From Dipteris shenzhenensis (taxonomy: Eukaryota): 64,000 nucleotides of DNA. The stretch is from NCBI GenBank assembly GCA_047967505.1, contig CM106538.1. One strand, 5' to 3'. This document shows positions 33,242 through 47,434 of the stretch, piece after piece. Below the pieces are notes generated by a model, which was not told where the DNA came from, did not search any database, and saw only the letters and a program-made list of their open reading frames with translations. The position numbers were made by a program, and so were the translations under genes. Each line of letters starts with the position of its first letter. The first letter of the stretch is position 1.

Positions 33242-36200
33242 TGTTAAATTACATGGCGCAGCGGAACAGAAACTGAACAAAGAATAGAGAGTACACAGCA
33301 AACTAGAGAGAAACAAAATTTTCATTCAATACTGATGTAGTACAAATGACGGCTAGATCCACTTATCTGTTCCCATAGTGGAGCTTAGATGGTGATCTAG
33401 ACAGATACTAGGTGAAGAGCTACTAGCTAGAATATCTGATCTGATCTGAACTGATCTAATACAATGGACTGGGGAGGTCGCCTCTTTATAGCTATGAGGG
33501 CGGTAGTCAAACCAACGTAGTCGGTGGAACCGACTAGTCAACCTAGTTGGTGGAGCTAACTAATCAACCTAGTCAATGGAACCGACTAGGTATCCATGGA
33601 ATATTCAAGGAATATTTCCTATATCGTCGATAGGGAATATTCCCTATCCAACTACCGCTATGAGAGTAGTAATCGGATCAATGTAGTCGGTGGAACCGAC
33701 TAGTCAACCTATTCAGTGGAGCTAACTAGTCAACCTAGTCGATGGAACTGACTAGTCATCCATGGAATATTTAGACCTCAACAAGAATAAGGGGCTCCCA
33801 CACAATCACCTTTCTACCATCAATGGTCTCATTGATAGACCTCATCTAACATGCAAGTTAGGATCCATTTAGTGTCTCGAGCTCACACATGGCTTCTCCT
33901 CATATGAGGGCCTTACAACTTGAGCACCTTGGACCACTAGTGGTTACCAGGAGGGTGGGGCATTGAGCATATCTAACACCCCCCCTCGATGTCCACCCGT
34001 ATGTGAACTACCTTCTCGACCCAATGCTAAGTCTTTTAAGATGATCCTGAAGCTGATCCTTCTTGAGTGCCTTGGTGAAGATATCTACTCCATTTTGCTC
34101 TGTTGGATAGTAGACCAATTCCACTATCCCATCCTCGATCAAATCATGCACATAGTGATACTGAATCTCTATATGTTTTGTGTGCGCATGAAACACTAGA
34201 TTTTTAGCAATAGCCATGCAACTTTGATTGTCTCACCTTAGCACAGTTGCCTCATCCTCTTGCACTCCCATGTGCCATAAGAACCTTCTCAGCCACACTG
34301 CTTCACAAGTGGCAAAACATGCTACCTTTGTACTCAACCTCAGTAGAAGACAATGCCACTGTTGGTTGTTTCTTACTGATCCAAGAGAAGATACCTGAAC
34401 CTAAAGAGAAACAATATCCAAAAATGAATTTCCTAGAATCAACATCTCTAGCCCAATCTAAGTCACAATGACCAACCAATGAAGTGCCTATACCATAAGT
34501 GATGCCATAATCAAGAATGCCCTTCACTTACCTGAGCACCTGCATCCTTGCATTCCAATGATTCTCTCGGGGCTTATTGGAGATATTGGAGTACCTGCTC
34601 AAAATGCCAACAGCAAACTGATGTCCGGTCAGGTGTTGCACAAATAGATGAGACTACTGACCAACTTCCTATACCTCCCGATGTTTGTTGGTGGTGAGGC
34701 ATCCTCCATAGACAACCTCGCATTTACCTCCATAGGTGTAGCTATTTCCTTGCACTCAGACATACCAAATGCCTTCAAGATCTCCCTTGCATATTCCTAC
34801 TGAGAGATGAAGATCTTGCCTAGCTCTTGCTAGACTTCAATCCCCAAACAATAGTGCATCGGTCATCTCAAACTCAGTGCTCAACACCTTTCTTGTCTGC
34901 TGGATCATGTCTTCATAGTCACCTGTAATAAGGAGATCATCCACATATAGAACAATAATAGCAAATTTTCCACCTTTCCTGTACACATAAAAGTTAGCAT
35001 CTGAGGCACATCTTTCAAAGTTTAATTTATGAAAAATTTTGTCTATCCATTCGTACCATGCTCTTGGGGCCTGTTTCAGCCCATACAAAGCCTTCTTGAG
35101 CTTACATACCTTGTTCACAGAATGGGGGGGCCTCAAAACCTGGTGGCTAAGCCACGTACACATCCTCCTTGAGGGCACCATTCAAGAATGCTGATTTAAC
35201 ATCCATTTGATAAACTAGCCACTTTTTATGAGCAGCCACTGATAGTACTATGTGAATAGTGGTCATTCTGGCAGTCAGAGCAAAAGAGTCCTGAAAATCA
35301 AATCCTTCAACCTACAAAAATCCTTGTGCAACCAATCTGGCTTTGTACTTTTCCAAAGTCCCATCAGCCTTGTACTTTACCTTCCAAACCCACTTGGTGC
35401 CAATAACCTTTCTGTTAGGTGGTCAATCTACCAACTCCCACGTTTCATTCTTCATGATGCTATCATATTCTACTTGTATAGTGTTTTTCCAATCTCGGTC
35501 TGCAAGTGCTTCCTACAAACTCATAGGCTCCTTTACTTTTGCAATAATCTCAGCCATAAGGCCATATTGACTATGTGAGCAGAAGCCCTCCTTTGCTCCT
35601 CGATTCTCTGAGACCGCCTTGGTCCATCTGCATGCTACTCAATAGACATAGGCATCTGGTTATCATGGTCATAGAGTTGCCTTACCCATCATAGCAATGG
35701 CTTTTCTGGTGGTGTAACAATAGGTTGGTGACTTATACCTTCATCATCTAATATTTCCTCCTCCCTTATAGCTCATGGGATATGTCCACAGTGAATTACC
35801 TCTTCGCTTGATGATAAAGTGGAAGAGCTCTTCTCTACCTCCACTACATGTGGCTACTCCGTGAACACCACATCGTGGCTCGCAATGACCTTCTTTGCCT
35901 CTCAGTCATACAACTTATAGGCTTTCTTCTCATCACAATAGCCTAAGAAGATACATTTGGTGCTTTTTAGTTGTAGCTTATTTCTCTCTTTGTCTGGTAC
36001 ATGCACATAGGATTCACACCCAAACGTTCTGAAGTGGGAGATAGATGGCTTCTTACTGCTGTAAGCCTCATGTGGCACTTTACCTTTGAGTGCCTTTGTA
36101 TAGTTGCGATTAAGGATGTAAACCGTAGTATTGACAGCCTCAGCCCAAAAGTGGTTTGCCAGTCCAACACTTTTCAACATACACCTCCCCATCTCCACGG

Positions 36201-38499
36201 TGGTCTGCATTCGGTGTTCAACAACCGAATTTTGCTGAGGCATATGTGCTGTCGTCATTTGTTGCTTGATCCCTTTGCTCTTGCAAAAATCTCCAAACTT
36301 TGTAGAAACAAACTCACCACCACCATCCAATCTGATTTTCTTCACTTTTTCCCCGTTTCATTTTCAACAAGCTGTAGCCATTCTTTCAATTTACCAAAAG
36401 CTTGAGCCTCTTTGCAAAGAAAGTACACCCACATCTTCATACTATAGTCGTCAACAATTAATAAAAAATAGGAATATCCCCCCAAGGCCTGTGTAGGCAT
36501 CTTACCGCACAAGTCAACATGCACCAACTCTAGAGGAGCGTTTGCTCTATTCTTGCTTTCTTGTGGGAATGCCTTTCTCTGTTGCTTGCCCATCATGCAA
36601 GCTTCACACGGTTCTTTGATTTTTGTGACTGTAGGTAAGTGAGCAACCATACCTTGCTTCTGAATCTCCTTCAGCACTGCAAATCTGATGTGGCTGAATC
36701 TTTCATGCCAAAGTCTACTTGTGCCCACTCCATTAGTGGTTGTAAGAGCACTTAGCTCATATAAGTTGTTCCTCCTTACTCCTATGCCAACAAGATTGCT
36801 AGCACTATCTAGAATTTTTGCTCCTGTCTTGTTAAACCTCACCTCATGGTCAAGGTCAGTTATGGAAGCGATTGATAGCAAATTTCTCTTGCTTTGTGGA
36901 ACATAGAGCACATTAGATAGTTTCTTAACATCTCCATTTATAGAACAAATGAAACCGTACCTGTACCCTCAATAGGGCATTTTGCATTATTTCCAACTGT
37001 CATGGTGATGGGTTCCTATAGAGGCTGCATGGAATAATATAGACCCTTCTTGCAGGTCATGTGATGGCAGGCACCACTATCCAACACCCATGAATCAGTG
37101 GTTGAAGCTTCTTGAACTAAGGAACACTCTTCCTGAATGGCCAAAAATAGATCCAACTCTGCTTCCGCTGTTAGCTGTCTCTTTCCCCTTATCTGTCTTC
37201 TTCAGGGTACCATTCTTTTCATCTTCTTTCTTGACCCGGCAATCTGCAATCACATGGCCCTTCTTCTTGTAGTAGAAGCATTCTCCGTGAAACTTCTTGT
37301 CGCCCTTCTTCTTTTTGTCACCACTAGTAGAGGACTCACCTTTGGTGGAGGAACCACCTTTGCCTTTTGTAATGGCAAAGAATGTAGCATCCCCATTGCC
37401 GCCTCCATCTCGAGCTTTAAGCCTCAATTCCTCCTCCATAAAGTAAAGCATAGAACTCCTCAAATGACAATGGTTGGGGTCACACTTGAGTGTTAAGCAC
37501 TGTACCAGTCCATCAAACCTTGGTGGACATATCCAGAGATAACGCTGAGCTAGCTCTTTGCTAGTCTTTTGTATCCTAGCACCAGCCATCTAGTCACACA
37601 CATTTTTGATTTGGGTTATGAACGCCTCTGCTATCTCTCCTTGATTAAACTTCTCAACTGCTGCGAGCTAATTCTCCAGGTTTTGGATCCTTATCTGATT
37701 CCGCATCTCATACTGACTCTTCAATATGTTCCAGGCCATAGTTGCCTTAGATGTATGCAGAATCAAGGTCAAAACACTATTAGTAGAACTTGTAACCAAG
37801 GCACACAAAGCATTTGCGTTCTTGCATTTCCAAGCTCATAGAAGGTCAGCATTAGGAGGTATCGTACTCCCCAGATTTGCTGGGTCGGGTGTTCCTTGTG
37901 GTTCTGGGTTAGTCCCCAGTACTATCTCTAGAAGCTCATATGAATCCAGAATAGCAGTAATTTTAGACTTCCACATAGTGTAGTTCGTACCATCTAGCTT
38001 GCCTTCAGTGAAGGCTGGTGGGTGAATCCTCAACGCCTGGATTATTGATGCAGCAACAGCTATTGAACTCGAGCCGCTTCCTATTGAGCTGCTTCTTGTT
38101 GCCATCACTCTGTATGCTGTTGAAGCCCTCGCCTCTCTTCTATTCTTCGATCCTTAGAGCCACCTGGGCACTGATACCATGTTAAATTACCTGGCGCAGC
38201 AGAACAGAAACTAAACAAAGAATAGAGAGTACACAGCAAACTAGAGAGGAATAAAATTTTCCTTCAATACTGATGTAGTACAGATGATGGCTCCATCCAC
38301 CCATGCGCTCCCACAGTGGAGCTTAGATGGTGATCTAGATAGATACTAGTGAAGAGCTACTAGCTGGAAGGTCTCTGAATTGATCTGATACAATGGACTG
38401 GGGAGGTCGCCTCTTTATAGCTATGAGGGCGGTAGTCGACGGATCAATGTAGTCGATGGAATCGACTAGTCAACCTAGTTGGTGGAGCCGACTAGTCAA
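33242..38499 (-). mobile_element. Ty1/Copia LTR retrotransposon, decayed; 5' LTR truncated
   Basis: 3' LTR 33242-33978 with PPT at 33979-33987; 5' LTR from 38180; PBS TGGTATCAGTGC at 38168-38179. Gag KLDGTNY..WK, INT LVHVDLCG/RLDGGGEF, RT KALYGLKQAPRAWY/LYVDD, RH ALSSTEVEY/TKHIEIQYH. Confidence 0.93.
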
Positions 38500-41400
38500 T
38501 TAGCTTTCTCATTTTTACTAATATTGAGAGAGACATTGTTGCAATGAAGTTGCAAAGGGAGTGAACTTTGAAGTGCTGCACGCAAGCTAGGGAGTAAATT
38601 CATGTCTCCTTCAGTGATCCGACTCCCCCCTCCCCTCTCCGATGATGTCGCCCCCCTCCCCCCCCTTTTTTTAATTTTATTATTAAATTAAAAAAAAATC
38701 TAGCTAGCCCTAGTCCTAACTAACCCTAAACTAACTTAGGTTAGGTTAGTAGCTTAGGTTAGGTTAGCATTGCTAGTGGCTAGGTTTGCATTAGGTTAGG
38801 TTTGCATTAACTCTAAGGTTGGTATACTAACCACTGTTAGTTAGACATATAGGTTAGGTTAAGTCTAACCTAACTGTTGTTAGGATAGGTTAGTTGTTGT
38901 TAGGTTAGGTGGAACTTTTTGGTCAGTTAGTTCAACTAGCTATAGTCAATTAGATCCACAGCTAGTTTAGGTTTAGTTAGGTCACTTAAAGCAACTATCT
39001 AGTTATAGTAACTAGATGGTTAGGGTAATAGGTTAGTTAAAATAATTGGAATTAACCTAGTTCAAACTCCTCAGTTGGACTTAAAGTCCATTCACACCAA
39101 CCTTAAGACCAAGGGACCCCCCCCCACACACCACCAAAAAGGTCCATTTTCCCCCTTCTTTAGCCACTCGTAACTCATTCGTTTGAGACCCAAATTGGGA
39201 CCCTGTTTGAACCATGATTTCACACATGGAAACACCAAGCTATGGGACATTTTTCCAGCCCATTGCACACCATTTTGGCATCCCTATCACTCACTCATTT
39301 GTGCCCCCATGCGGGCCTCGTTTCACACTAATTCGCTTATATCTTTATGCCGTGACTCCGACTGATGATCCATATGCACCGGCACATTGCCCTACACATG
39401 TGGGACAATCTTAGGGACATTATTAATGTGACAGTCCCTACAATACTAATACAACACTAACTCTCCTAACACAACTACATCAACACCTGCACTTGCAGTA
39501 GATACACCCTTTGTAACTCTCGCCCAATCTGCATGCAGCTATGTTCTGGCCAATGCCTCTGACTCCAACGCTTGTCAAATCTGCATACAACTCCACTGAA
39601 ACCATCGCCTCTGACAATCCTCTACCCTGATTCCCCCCCTAAAATTCAAGAAATCCCTTTAACTCCTCCACGCCACAACATGGCTCGATGCCATCGCAAA
39701 CGATGATGGGGATATGGACCTCGATGCGGAGGCTAACAATTTCTTCAATTGTAGAAATAATAACAATCAAGGCAAGTGCCCCTTGGGAAAACTGGAACTT
39801 CCCAAATATAATGGTAGGGGAGATCTAGCCCATTTACTCTAGCATTTTGATGTCGCATGCCGAGCAAGTGGAGATCAATCCAATGAAACCAAGGTCGCCT
39901 AATTTCCCATGGCCTTAACTGACGAAGTGTCTAAATGGTACCTAGACCTTCTAGTGGAAGAGTGAGCCACGTAAGACCTACTTCAATCAGAATTCAAAAG
40001 GTACTTTCAAACGGAGAGGCTACAAGATGATCCTGCTCTCCAACTAAGCAAGATCGAACAAGGCCGTCGAGAAGATGTATGCACGTACTTGGGCAAGATG
40101 AAAAGATTAATCGCCAAATGTGACCCATGCCCTGATGCAAAGTACCTCATGGCTTGGTTCATTGCGGGAGTAAGGAAGAAAATCCGAAAGGATATGAAAA
40201 ATATTAGCAGTAGCTATGAAACATTCAATGCTACTCATGCGACAGCCATTGACATCAAGGATGGCATGATCGACTCTGACACCAGCAGTGATGATGGCAG
40301 ATCCAGTGCATGAGATAAGTGCTCTAAAAGGGCAAATCCAAGTCCGCTCCCGAAACATCAAATGAAGATCACCTAGAGGCCATGACCATGAAGCTGAAAG
40401 AAGACATGATGCAAGCCATGGAACAAAAGCTTCACTTGTCTCAGCCCGCCAACTCAAACTTATCCATGGCGATAAAATGTCTAGTGTCCACACTGCATGG
40501 CCAATCATACAGCAAATGAGTGCCCGATCCTAAGAGCCAGGATCATTGCAGAAGCAAATCGACCACTAAGGTTGTGGTGCCATATCTGGGTCATCAGCGG
40601 CCTTGATGAAAACAATTGCATCTTCAACATGCACAACAACCCACCTCCACCTCAACAATACCAAGCGGCACCCATGCCAGTGTACAAGCAACCAGCACTT
40701 GCATAAGTGCCCCCAGCTCCGAGGCTAAATCCTGTTCCTGTTCAGATACAAGTCCCATAATTACTCAAGAATCCGAATCCACGACCATATCCAAGAGTGC
40801 CAAGTCCAGCTCCTCAAGCAGTTCCAATACATCAACTGCAATCCGAGGAAGTAGACTCGCCATTTGAGAATGAAGCAGAGTACCTAGTGTACTATGTAGA
40901 AGGTGCAAAGGGTCTAATACTGGTCTACGCAAATCAAGTTTGACCCAATACATATCAAGCACCAATCAAGTGCTATGGTTGTGAAGAAAATCACCGTATC
41001 GTAGAGTGCCCTCGTCGTGGTAGCCCCGCTACTTTCCAACCACTCTGTGGAGATTGTGGCATAGGACATGCCTGTATGGATTGTCCCATGAAAAAGAAGG
41101 TCCCACAACAAACAGAGGTTAAGCCTGACATCCCAATCGGCATCATTGGGGTGGACCATCAAAGTATGGTGCTTGCAAGCATAATATCACAACTTGTGAA
41201 GGTAATTACATGCCAGCAAAAAGAGGCCACCAAGGACCATAACATTCCAATCCAACCTAGATGACTTCTTAAAAAGAAAGCACAAGTGTCTCCACCTCCA
41301 CCAAGCAATGAGTAGCAAAGCTCATCCACATCAACTCCCGAGCCTCAAATAAAAGAAGCTCCATACCCAAATTCAGAGGTGGAGAAGACTCATTTTCAAG

Positions 41401-42105
41401 CACTTCAACAATGGGTACAAAAGGAACAAGCTCAATTTGAGGTTGAGAGACAAGATCAACATCTAATCCATGACTTGGCCCCATAAAGTATTGATACTGT
41501 ACTCGAGCCTCTGTTCCAACAACAGACTCCACAACATAATGTACCGCCACATCAACTTGAAGGAACCACACTCTCTAGCATCTTGAGTTGCTCTGTGTCA
41601 ATTCCCATCAGAATCTTCCTACGGAATTGTCCCAATCTCTGGGAGAGTTTCAAAGGATGGATTGAACTCGTAAATCCCCCTCCACCTATGAACGGCATCA
41701 AAGATATCCCTGTGCAGATGGGTGAGAGAGATGACATATGCAACATTACTATGCCTTTGATTCACAAGGCATATAGTGAAGTCCAAGCCATAATGGATGG
41801 TGGAGCAGGTGTAAATGTCCTATCAAAGGAGCTCTACGATGAATGGGGTCTCCCACCAATGCAAAAGGCTAATTTTAACATACACCTTATCGAGATGATT
41901 CACAGGCTAAACCCTTGGGAATAGTGAATGGCATTCCACAAAGCTTGTAGGAGTTCACTTTTCTCTTCAATTCACAATCTTGGATCTCCCCAAAAAATCC
42001 TATTAAAACTTACTAGGATGTCCTTGGATACAGGAAGCATCAGCCCTCCATGACTGGGGAACTGAAAGACTGACAATCCAAAATCGTGACACCACAATCA
42101 GGGTC
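38500..42105 (+). mobile_element. Second, older copy of the Athila-like element (leader, gag, protease), truncated at both ends
   Basis: Reverse-homologous to ~11000-7700, with many stops; AIMDGGAGVNVL. Confidence 0.93.
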
Positions 42106-42979
42106 CCCCCGGCAAAGATAAGAGTGTATCCAAGTTAGTACAAACCAAATTCCAAACCTTGATGAGCCTTAAAAAATCATGAAATTAAATGATTAAAATT
42201 TGATCGCGAGATGGGGATAGGTTAGCTCACCTTGTTTGTTAATAGAGTGTGCTATTAAGTCTATGCAGTTGGCCACTATGGAAAGGTTCCTACTTTCACA
42301 ATGCAGCCAACCGAAAATCAATTGGCAATATAACTAAAAAGTCTATAATTTTAAGAGTAACAATCCAAGGAGCCAATTTGGAAATGTAAGCTATTGGATT
42401 TGAAGAACCATGATATGGAGATTCGAGAGTGATGGAGCTCATGAGAAGGGTGTCTTAATGAGGCCTAGTGCATCAAGTAAATGACCACTTTTATTGGAAG
42501 GTGCTCGTGTGATGTTGACAAGGAAAGCTTTTGTTTCGATTAATGTAAAACAAAAGTGCACAAGTGCACGTGGGCCACTTGTAAAGTGAGCAATGTTGGA
42601 TGCAAAAGAGAAAGAAAATGAATTTACTCTTGAAAGTAAAACTAATATCATCAATTCTAACTTAAAATATTATGATTGGGGACATAATTGCAAATAGGAA
42701 CACAACTCAACTCACTTTTTGGAAGAAATTGCAACTCTTTAGATATTGTTGAAGAAAAATCATGCACAAATTGAAATGAAATGCAAGGACTTTGCCTTCA
42801 ATTTTAACTTACCTTCAGCATGGAGATTCAGATGCATTTATAGGTGACAGGTCCCATGTATGACAAGCACTAAAAGGAAAAATGAACACTTTTGATATGC
42901 AAGCCATGAAGAGAGTGATGGAAAAGCACCATTGTTTAGATGGTAGATATTTTTCTCGTTCATGGACCCCCGCCCCCAT

Positions 42980-42999
42980 TCTCTCTCTCTCTCTTTGTG

Positions 43000-43063
<64 letters not shown>
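42980..43063. repeat. (CT)n microsatellite
   Basis: Direct dinucleotide run. Confidence 0.95.
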
Positions 43064-43067
<4 letters not shown>

Positions 43068-43687
43068 CTCTCAATTTTTGGTGTGGTACACCATATACAA
43101 GTAGATTTTATCACATGGTGGTAATTGAGAACCATGTTTTGATAAGCAATGACTAATCCACCAATTACCAAGGGAAAAGAATCCTTGATTTTGCATTTTT
43201 GTTTAATATTTTCATTTTTAGAAATTGATTACATCATTTTAAATCACTGATTTAAATCAAGCAAGTCAAATCACTTAAAATTCCTTTACACTATATTGAG
43301 AACTCTTAGAGAATTGCATATTTTAAAAGCCACATGTTCACAAATGCTTTTTGGTCCCCATCAATGTCCATCAACTCTTATGTGATAGTGTGGATTTGAC
43401 AATCCTTTTAGCATTTCCTAAGGTTTACCTACTCTATCTAGGCTATGTACTCTTGAAATCTTAGAGAGCTATCTCTCCATAACCCATACTTGTTTCAACA
43501 TGCCACTCTTAGGTCTTCTTATGAGGGATTCATTGAGCCTTTGGGCAAATATAAGAATGTATCCAAGTTAGAACAAATCGAATTCCAAATCTTGATGAGC
43601 CTTAAAAACTCATGAAATTAAATTATTAAAATTGCTAGAGGGGGATGGGGATGGGGATGGTGAACGAATATGAAGATGGAGAGGAGA

Positions 43688-45800
43688 AGAGTGGAGATGA
43701 GGAGAGGGTCACAATCAGATCATCTACATACAAAAGTGCAATAGTGATGTCTTCCCCTTGAACTTTGTAGTAGAGAATATGATTTGCATTGGACTTGATG
43801 TAGCCCAAATTAGCAAAATACTTATCAATTCTACTATACCAACTTCTGGGGGCTTGCTTTAAGCCATAGAGACTTTTCTTGAGATGGCAAACCTGGTGCT
43901 CTTTTCCCTTTTCAACATAACCAGTTGGTTGTTGCATGTCGGCTTCCTCGTCTAGGTAACCATTGAGAAAAGCATACTTGACATCTACTTGGTACACATT
44001 CCATCTATTGAGTGTCACTAGTGATATCAAGAACTGTATGGAATCCATCTTTGCTACTACTGGAGCATAAGTCTCATCATAATCTTGACCATATTGTTGT
44101 GCAAATCCTTTTGCAACTACTTTGGCCTTGTATCTTTCAATACTTCCATTTGGATTGTACTTCACTTTGTAAACCCATTTGTTTGCAATGGACTTCTTTC
44201 CTAGTGGAAGGTCGCATAAATCTCAGGTGTTGTTTTTGTACAAAGCATCCGTCTCTTCATTCATAGTAGTTTGCCACTCTGGCTTGTTTACTACGTCTTT
44301 GAAGTACACTGGCTCTTCTGCCAAAGAGCATAAATGGTGCTTTCAACCTGAATTGCTTTTCCCTTCTGAGCATAAGTCAATCTAGCTGGTGATCTGCTTT
44401 CCTTGGTAGAACGTCTGAGTTGCTGTTCTGTTGGAGGTTCTTTCGGCAATTCATGCTCTTCTTCATCAATTGTCTCTAAAGGTGTATGAATAGTCCGAGT
44501 GACTATTTCCTCTATATGTGATGATGTCTTCCATTCTGCTTCTTCATCAAATATCACATCTCTAGAGGTAATGACCTGTCTATTGATGGGATCAAAAACT
44601 TGTATGCATTGCTCTCTTCACTGTAGCCAACCATTATGCATTTGTGTGACTTAACATCCAACTTTCGGTGATGATCATCATGTATGTGAGCATATGCTAT
44701 GCATCCAAATATGCAAAGACGCCCAATGCGTGGCTTGTAACCAACAAATGATTCATAAGGTGTCATACCTTGAATTGCATCGATCGGAAGCCGATTAAGT
44801 AAGTAGTTGGTAGTGTTGATGGCTTCTATCCAATACTGATTCGGAAGATGCTTCTCAAAGAGCATTGCTCTAGAACTTTTTGCTAAAGTCATGTTCTTCC
44901 TTTCTGCTCTTGGATTCTATTGAGGAGTATCTACACATGTGAATTCTAAAGTTCAAGAATGTTGTAGATGTGTATTCTCCTCCTCTGTCTAATCTAATGG
45001 CTTTGATCTTTCTGCTTGTCTGGTTCTCTACCATGGCTTTGAACTCCTAAAATTTGAAAAATATCTCAAATTTCTCTTTAAGAAAGTAGACCCAACAATA
45101 TCTACTATAGTCATCGATGAAAGTCAGGTAGTAGAGTGCACCATTGATACTATGAGTCTATGAATATCCCCATACATCTGTATGAACTAAGTCAAGAATG
45201 CCTCTTTCTCTTTTCTACCAAATCTAGCTCTAGCTTGTTTGCTGAAACAACATTCTTTGCAAATTTTTCCAAGAAACTGAAAAGTTCAGAATGCCAATTG
45301 CCATATTCTCATTTCTCAATTGCATCAAGCTTCTGAAATTGACATGACCATGCCTCTTGTGCCATACTATGGAAAGTGGCATCAATTGAGGTTCAACTGT
45401 TATGGCATGCAAATCTGGTACTGTAGCTAACATTTTTAATAAGCGTCCTTCCTTGAGTCCTTTTCCAACTAGCTGATATCCTCAGATTTGTCTCCGATAA
45501 TGCATTCATCTCCATCAAAGATGACTCTATAGTTATGTTCCATCATTTCTCCAACTAAGAAAAGGTTCTTACTGAGCTTCAGAACATAAAGTACATCTTT
45601 CACCAATCCTTTCATACCAGTGAAATTGTCCATAGGAACTATGCCCATTCCTTGAATTGGATTTGGTGTGTTATTTGCAATGTGGATAACATCCTTAGGA
45701 CCACCTAATGGTTTCATCTTTGCAAACCATTCTTGATGCTTTGTCATATGAGATGATGCACTGCTATCAATGTGCCATGGATCCTGATGGCCTACATTGT
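43688..45800 (-). mobile_element. Copia pol remnant (PR, GAG-pre-integrase, INT, RT)
   Basis: WHIDSSASSHMT; WHKRHGHVNF; YWIEAINTTNYLLNR; ERYKAKVVAKGF; KSLYGLKQAPRSWY; LYVDDL. Confidence 0.92.
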
Positions 45801-47001
45801 CAACTTGGAAAGCATTCACATGCTCAAGAGTACATACATATTTGCAAGCCACCTTCTAGAATGCCTCGCAATAGGGCCTTACAAATGCTCATCACTAAGG
45901 AGAGAAGTCCATTGACTTCCAACAGCCTTTCTATCTTTTTCTTATGATGCCAAATCTTTGTATTCAAACCTTGGCCTGTCTTCGAGTTTTTGGCTGTGGA
46001 CCTTGTCTCTTTTGTTTTCTCAAGGAATACATTAATTCTTGTCCCATTTGCAAAACCAAAGTGCCAATAGACTCTCCTTGAAGACTTTGCACTGCCGACT
46101 TTGATTGCACTAAAAGACCTGCATGATGATCTTGTGCCAATCATCTTCTCTTATCGGAGTTGTTCCCAACCTTCCAGAGACGACACATTGTGTAGCACAC
46201 AAGCTTTAGTACAAGTCACTACACATAGCATGATGCTATTTAAAAGTTGAAGTCCAGCACTCGTGAATGTAACGTCGCAAGCATTCAAGCAAAAAACTTA
46301 CTTTAAAATCTAGGCAACCCATTGAGCAACACCGATTCTAAATAAGTAATGGTTACGGGAAACTGTGATGCATTGTCCATGATCTAAAATGGGATGGTAT
46401 GGTGCCACAAAGCTTTCAATGTCTTGAATTTTGAGAAATTATAACAGTCCTCTCAGTTGTGCTAACTTAGGGCTTGTTGTGCGATGTTTGAGAAAACTTA
46501 AAGGAACAAAGGCATGGAGCCCTAAAGTTAGAGCATTCCATCCTATTCGCCTTACCAATTGTGGACACCTCAATTGCTAGCCATGTCTCTACAAGCCATC
46601 TATGGACCTTCTATCCTAGACTCTCATGACTTAGCTGTACCCCAACAATTTCAAGGACTTTGCTACAGTTTTCATCGAAACCCATGTAGGAAGGAAAGTG
46701 AATCTTCTCTTTGCACACCTTTGGCACTGTGTCAAACCTCAGCACTCGACCTCTATCTTGCTTGAATTAAGACTTGGGTCCCTTGCATTTATCTCAACAA
46801 TTACAATAGTCTTTACAGCTCTTCATTCTTACTTTAGCATCGATTCCATCCATTACCTTCAACGTTTGCATTGAATCAGTTATCCAATGATAACCTCAAA
46901 TTGAGCGTCAAGAGTCGTGATGCTTAACGTGGAGTGACACATGTCCATAATTGGTAAGCTGCCGCATGTTCTCCTCCTTGTCTGTGGTTAATAGGTAAAA
47001 G

Positions 47002-47335
47002 ATATATGCACATCTCCCTCCCTCACCCCCCTCTTGGTCACTACACTCCCAATACCTCTTTTCTCACCTTCCCTTTCCCCTCTCTTGTCTCATATCCTCG
47101 ACCCCCCCCCTGAGGTGATATGAGACTAGAGAGAGGCAAGGGGTATCATAGGACTACTAAAGGTGAGAAAAGAGGTATTGTGAATGTAGTGACCAAGAGG
47201 GGGGTGAGGGAGGGTAGATGTACATATATATACACTACTATAGGTGGAAAAAGAGGTATTGGGAGTAATACCTATTTTCTCACCTTTAGTAGTCCTATGC
47301 TACCCCTTGTTCCTCTCTTGTCTCCTATTGCCTCA
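47002..47335. repeat. Fold-back (long inverted repeat) element
   Basis: 47002-47070 pairs with 47160-47229, the inner arms also pair, and 47111-47180 pairs with 47266-47335. Confidence 0.85.
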
Positions 47336-47364
47336 TGACCCCCTTCTTCCCTCATTCCTTTTCC

Positions 47365-47367
<3 letters not shown>

Positions 47368-47433
<66 letters not shown>
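47368..47433. repeat. (CT)n microsatellite
   Basis: Direct dinucleotide run. Confidence 0.95.

Positions 47434-47434
<1 letters not shown>

Noticed and set aside
42815-43171. ER/LS-repeat ORFs (also near 47270-47570, 53665-53990, 55295-55515, 13740-14110 and 32200-32600)
   Set aside because: Translations of (CT)n/(GA)n/(GGA)n simple repeats
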